NCBI GenBank assembly: GCA_963645945.1
Contig: CAVIUA010000048.1
Span: 9,827-73,826, forward strand
Direction of reading: 5' to 3'
Length of the DNA: 64,000 nucleotides
Source of the DNA: a bacterium
GTDB taxonomy: Bacteria > Bacillota_I > Bacilli_A > RF39 > UBA660
Shown: in pieces, positions 62,086-64,000 of the stretch
Layout: every line of letters begins with the position of its first letter
Numbering within the stretch: the stretch's first letter is position 1
The notes under the pieces: generated by a model
Database searches by the model: none
Seen by the model: the letters and a program-made list of their open reading frames with translations, nothing else
Told to the model about the DNA's origin: nothing
Position numbers and translations under genes: made by a program

Positions 62086-62616
62086 TTATTCTTCAATATG
62101 TTTTCCTAAAAATTGTGCAACTACGCAAATTAATTTCTCATCTAGTTTTGTTATATCAGCTTTATCAGATATAACCAAGACTAATCCTATGGCATCACCA
62201 TTCATAATTATAGGTTGAATTACATAAGATAATTTCTCCTTTTCATTTTCAATTAATTCCACATTATGAAGACTAGATTCAAATAAAGTTTTCCTATCAT
62301 TCATAACACTTTCTAAATATCTAGAAATATTAGAATCAATATATTTTTTCTTTAAATTGCCAGATCCGGCAACGAATTTATCTCTATCAGTAATTAATAC
62401 TGTTTTTTTAATATTAGCATTAATTATTTCAACCAACTCTTTTGAAACATCATCCATATCAGACATTTTTGAAAATTTTTTTAAAGCAATCATTTCTCTA
62501 TCAACAAATATTTCTAAAGATTCTCCATCACGAATTCTAAGAGTACGTCGAATTTCTTTGGGAATAACAATTCTTCCTAAATCATCTACTCTTCTCACTA
62601 CACCAGTTGACTTCAT
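62086..62616 (-). CDS. spoVT: Stage V sporulation protein T (AbrB-family regulator)
   Basis: Start trimmed to ATG 62616 (MKSTGVVRRVDDLGRIVIPKEIRRTLRIRDGESLEIFVD), nearly identical in pattern to the B. subtilis SpoVT N-terminus. The C-terminal domain is GAF-like. Confidence 0.88.
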   Translation of the reverse strand: MKSTGVVRRVDDLGRIVIPKEIRRTLRIRDGESLEIFVDREMIALKKFSKMSDMDDVSKELVEIINANIKKTVLITDRDKFVAGSGNLKKKYIDSNISRYLESVMNDRKTLFESSLHNVELIENEKEKLSYVIQPIIMNGDAIGLVLVISDKADITKLDEKLICVVAQFLGKHIEE

Positions 62617-62787
62617 AAAATTATTCCTCACTTTCTTCATACTAATATTTTCTCTAGAACTACACTTTTTATACAAAATATTTGTTTCTCACATATATTA
62701 TAATAAATATTTCCAAAAATTCCCTTGGTAAATATTTCCATAGAAATGTTAATTAATTAATATTTAAAAGTATTTTTCATCAAGCAT

Positions 62788-62811
62788 AAAAAAAAGACTG
62801 AAACATCAGTC
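62788..62811 (-). terminator. Terminator after the orphan 218-aa gene
   Basis: Minus strand GACTGA-tgtt-TCAGTC followed by eight T. Confidence 0.55.
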
Positions 62812-62812
62812 A

Positions 62813-63469
62813 TTATTGCACATCAAATAATCTAGAGTTTTCAAGAGTAAATAAATATCTTTCACCTTGTTCTTTAATACTATTAGTTAATATTGTATCT
62901 TTAACCAAAATTTTAAAGTCAATATTTTCAAGTAACTGCTTTAAATAATTATTATTAATATATTTAGTAACATCAGTAGTTATACGTTTTTTTATAGTTA
63001 AATCAATATCATTATCAAACAATAAATCCATTTTTTCAAATATTTCAGTATTTAATGTATCTTTAATAAAACTCTTAATTTCTGATTTTACTATTTTATT
63101 AACACTCGAAAAGTCCTTTTTCATTAATTTGATAGTATCATTATTATTTATTAATTTAAAATCATTTATTATTTTAGACAAAGTATTAATTCTAATATCT
63201 TTCAATGTCTTACAAAATTCTAAACATTTACTACGATAATTATCTAAAATGTTATCCAATTTTTCAGCTTTCAAAATTATTTTATTTTTCTTAGCCAAAT
63301 CCAAAAATCTACTTTTAATAACATCCATCGAGTCTAATGGAGGTTTTTTTAACAAAGAAGTAATATCTTCATCAAATAAAGCATTAGTATTATTAACTAA
63401 AGTATCAACTAATGCTCTTCTATAATTATCTAAATGAGTCTTTTTAAAATCTTCAATATTATTTGTCAC
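62813..63469 (-). CDS. Hypothetical protein, predicted all-helical, no recognisable motif
   Basis: 218 aa. GTG start with an AGGAG RBS 7 nt upstream. K/N/D/L-rich heptad-like sequence. I recognise no family. Confidence 0.6.
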   Translation of the reverse strand: MTNNIEDFKKTHLDNYRRALVDTLVNNTNALFDEDITSLLKKPPLDSMDVIKSRFLDLAKKNKIILKAEKLDNILDNYRSKCLEFCKTLKDIRINTLSKIINDFKLINNNDTIKLMKKDFSSVNKIVKSEIKSFIKDTLNTEIFEKMDLLFDNDIDLTIKKRITTDVTKYINNNYLKQLLENIDFKILVKDTILTNSIKEQGERYLFTLENSRLFDVQ

Positions 63470-63512
63470 ATCATCACTCCTAGTATAATAAATTTAACCA
63501 GTATAAATCAAT

Positions 63513-64000
63513 TTAGTCAATACTATTTTTGTATCTAGAATAAATTTTATCCAAAAGAGAAACCAAATAATAAACAGGATGTTTTTCCAATTTAATTATG
63601 TCTAATACAATAACCAAATTTGTTCCTTTACTTATAAATCTAAACATATTTGAAATATAAAAAGCGTCCATAAAAATATCATCAACACTAACCTTACTAA
63701 TTAATTCTTCAGATAAAACAATTTCTATTGAATTTTTATTTTGATGAACATTTTTAATCTTTAGTTTTTGTGCTAATTTTTCAAACCATTCTTCATACAT
63801 ATAAATAGAAATATCTTCATTAATTTTACCAAATCTATCTTCTAACTCTAATTTTATAGCGTTAAATTTCTCCAATGAATCAACTTCATTAATTTTGCGA
63901 TGAATTTCGATTTTTAAATCATCATCACTAACATAACTATCATCGATATGAGTAGAAACATTAATCAATGGTTTAGTATCAACTTCTTCTGCCTCTTCTA
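63513..64000 (-). CDS. mfd: Transcription-repair coupling factor Mfd, C-terminal end (gene enters from the right edge)
   Basis: The reading frame is open to the window edge; the track's TTG start at 63968 is internal. KIEIHRKINEVDSLEKFNAIKLELEDRFGKINEDISIYMYEEWFEKLAQKLKI matches the TRCF C-terminal domain. It lies upstream of spoVT. Confidence 0.8.
   Translation of the reverse strand, partial: EEAEEVDTKPLINVSTHIDDSYVSDDDLKIEIHRKINEVDSLEKFNAIKLELEDRFGKINEDISIYMYEEWFEKLAQKLKIKNVHQNKNSIEIVLSEELISKVSVDDIFMDAFYISNMFRFISKGTNLVIVLDIIKLEKHPVYYLVSLLDKIYSRYKNSID

Overview
The window is very AT-rich chromosomal DNA from a low-GC, endospore-forming member of the Bacillota. It uses the standard genetic code: TGA acts as a stop and TGG encodes Trp. 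Sporulation genes present are spoVT, spoVG, yabG, yabP, yabQ and a SleC-like gene. Almost every gene is on the minus strand.

Read on the minus strand from 64000 down to 18542, the order matches the origin-proximal mfd-to-tuf region of Bacillus subtilis as I remember it: mfd, spoVT, metG (T-box), tatD, rsmA, yabG, veg, spoVG, yabP, yabQ, divIC, tilS, ftsH, mscL, dusB, lysS, clpC, cysS, mrnC, rlmB, sigH-like, secE, nusG, rplK, rplA, rplJ, rplL, an RsmC-like methyltransferase, rpoB, rpoC, rpsL, rpsG, fusA, tuf. Further left are a FemAB-type gene, murD-eno, an accessory block, two tandem prolyl-tRNA synthetases behind a proline T-box, secG and the start of rnr.

I saw no rRNA, tRNA, CRISPR array, transposase or integrase.

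Four places depart from the conserved template and are the most interesting:
- **4850-14329:** a 12-gene divergent cluster centred on a LysR regulator. One arm encodes Nudix, AlkA-like, degenerate-deaminase/methyltransferase, UDG-superfamily-like and deoxyribosyltransferase-like proteins. The other arm encodes a P-loop kinase, a phosphoribosyltransferase, a Ham1-like protein and an NMT1/THI5-type ABC importer. I read it as a candidate salvage or sanitation system for a non-canonical nucleobase or nucleotide.
- **56621-59174:** a SipW-type signal peptidase preceded by three divergent paralogous ~200-aa N-terminally anchored proteins, embedded between tatD and rsmA. This is a candidate TasA/TapA-like fibre or spore-surface module.
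- **53111-54873:** a SleC-like cortex-lytic enzyme encoded as two coupled ORFs next to yabG.
- **35334-36701:** a membrane-anchored, N-lobe-less kinase-like protein directly after the sigH-like gene.

All homology calls come from reading the translated ORFs and from memory of the families. No database search was run.
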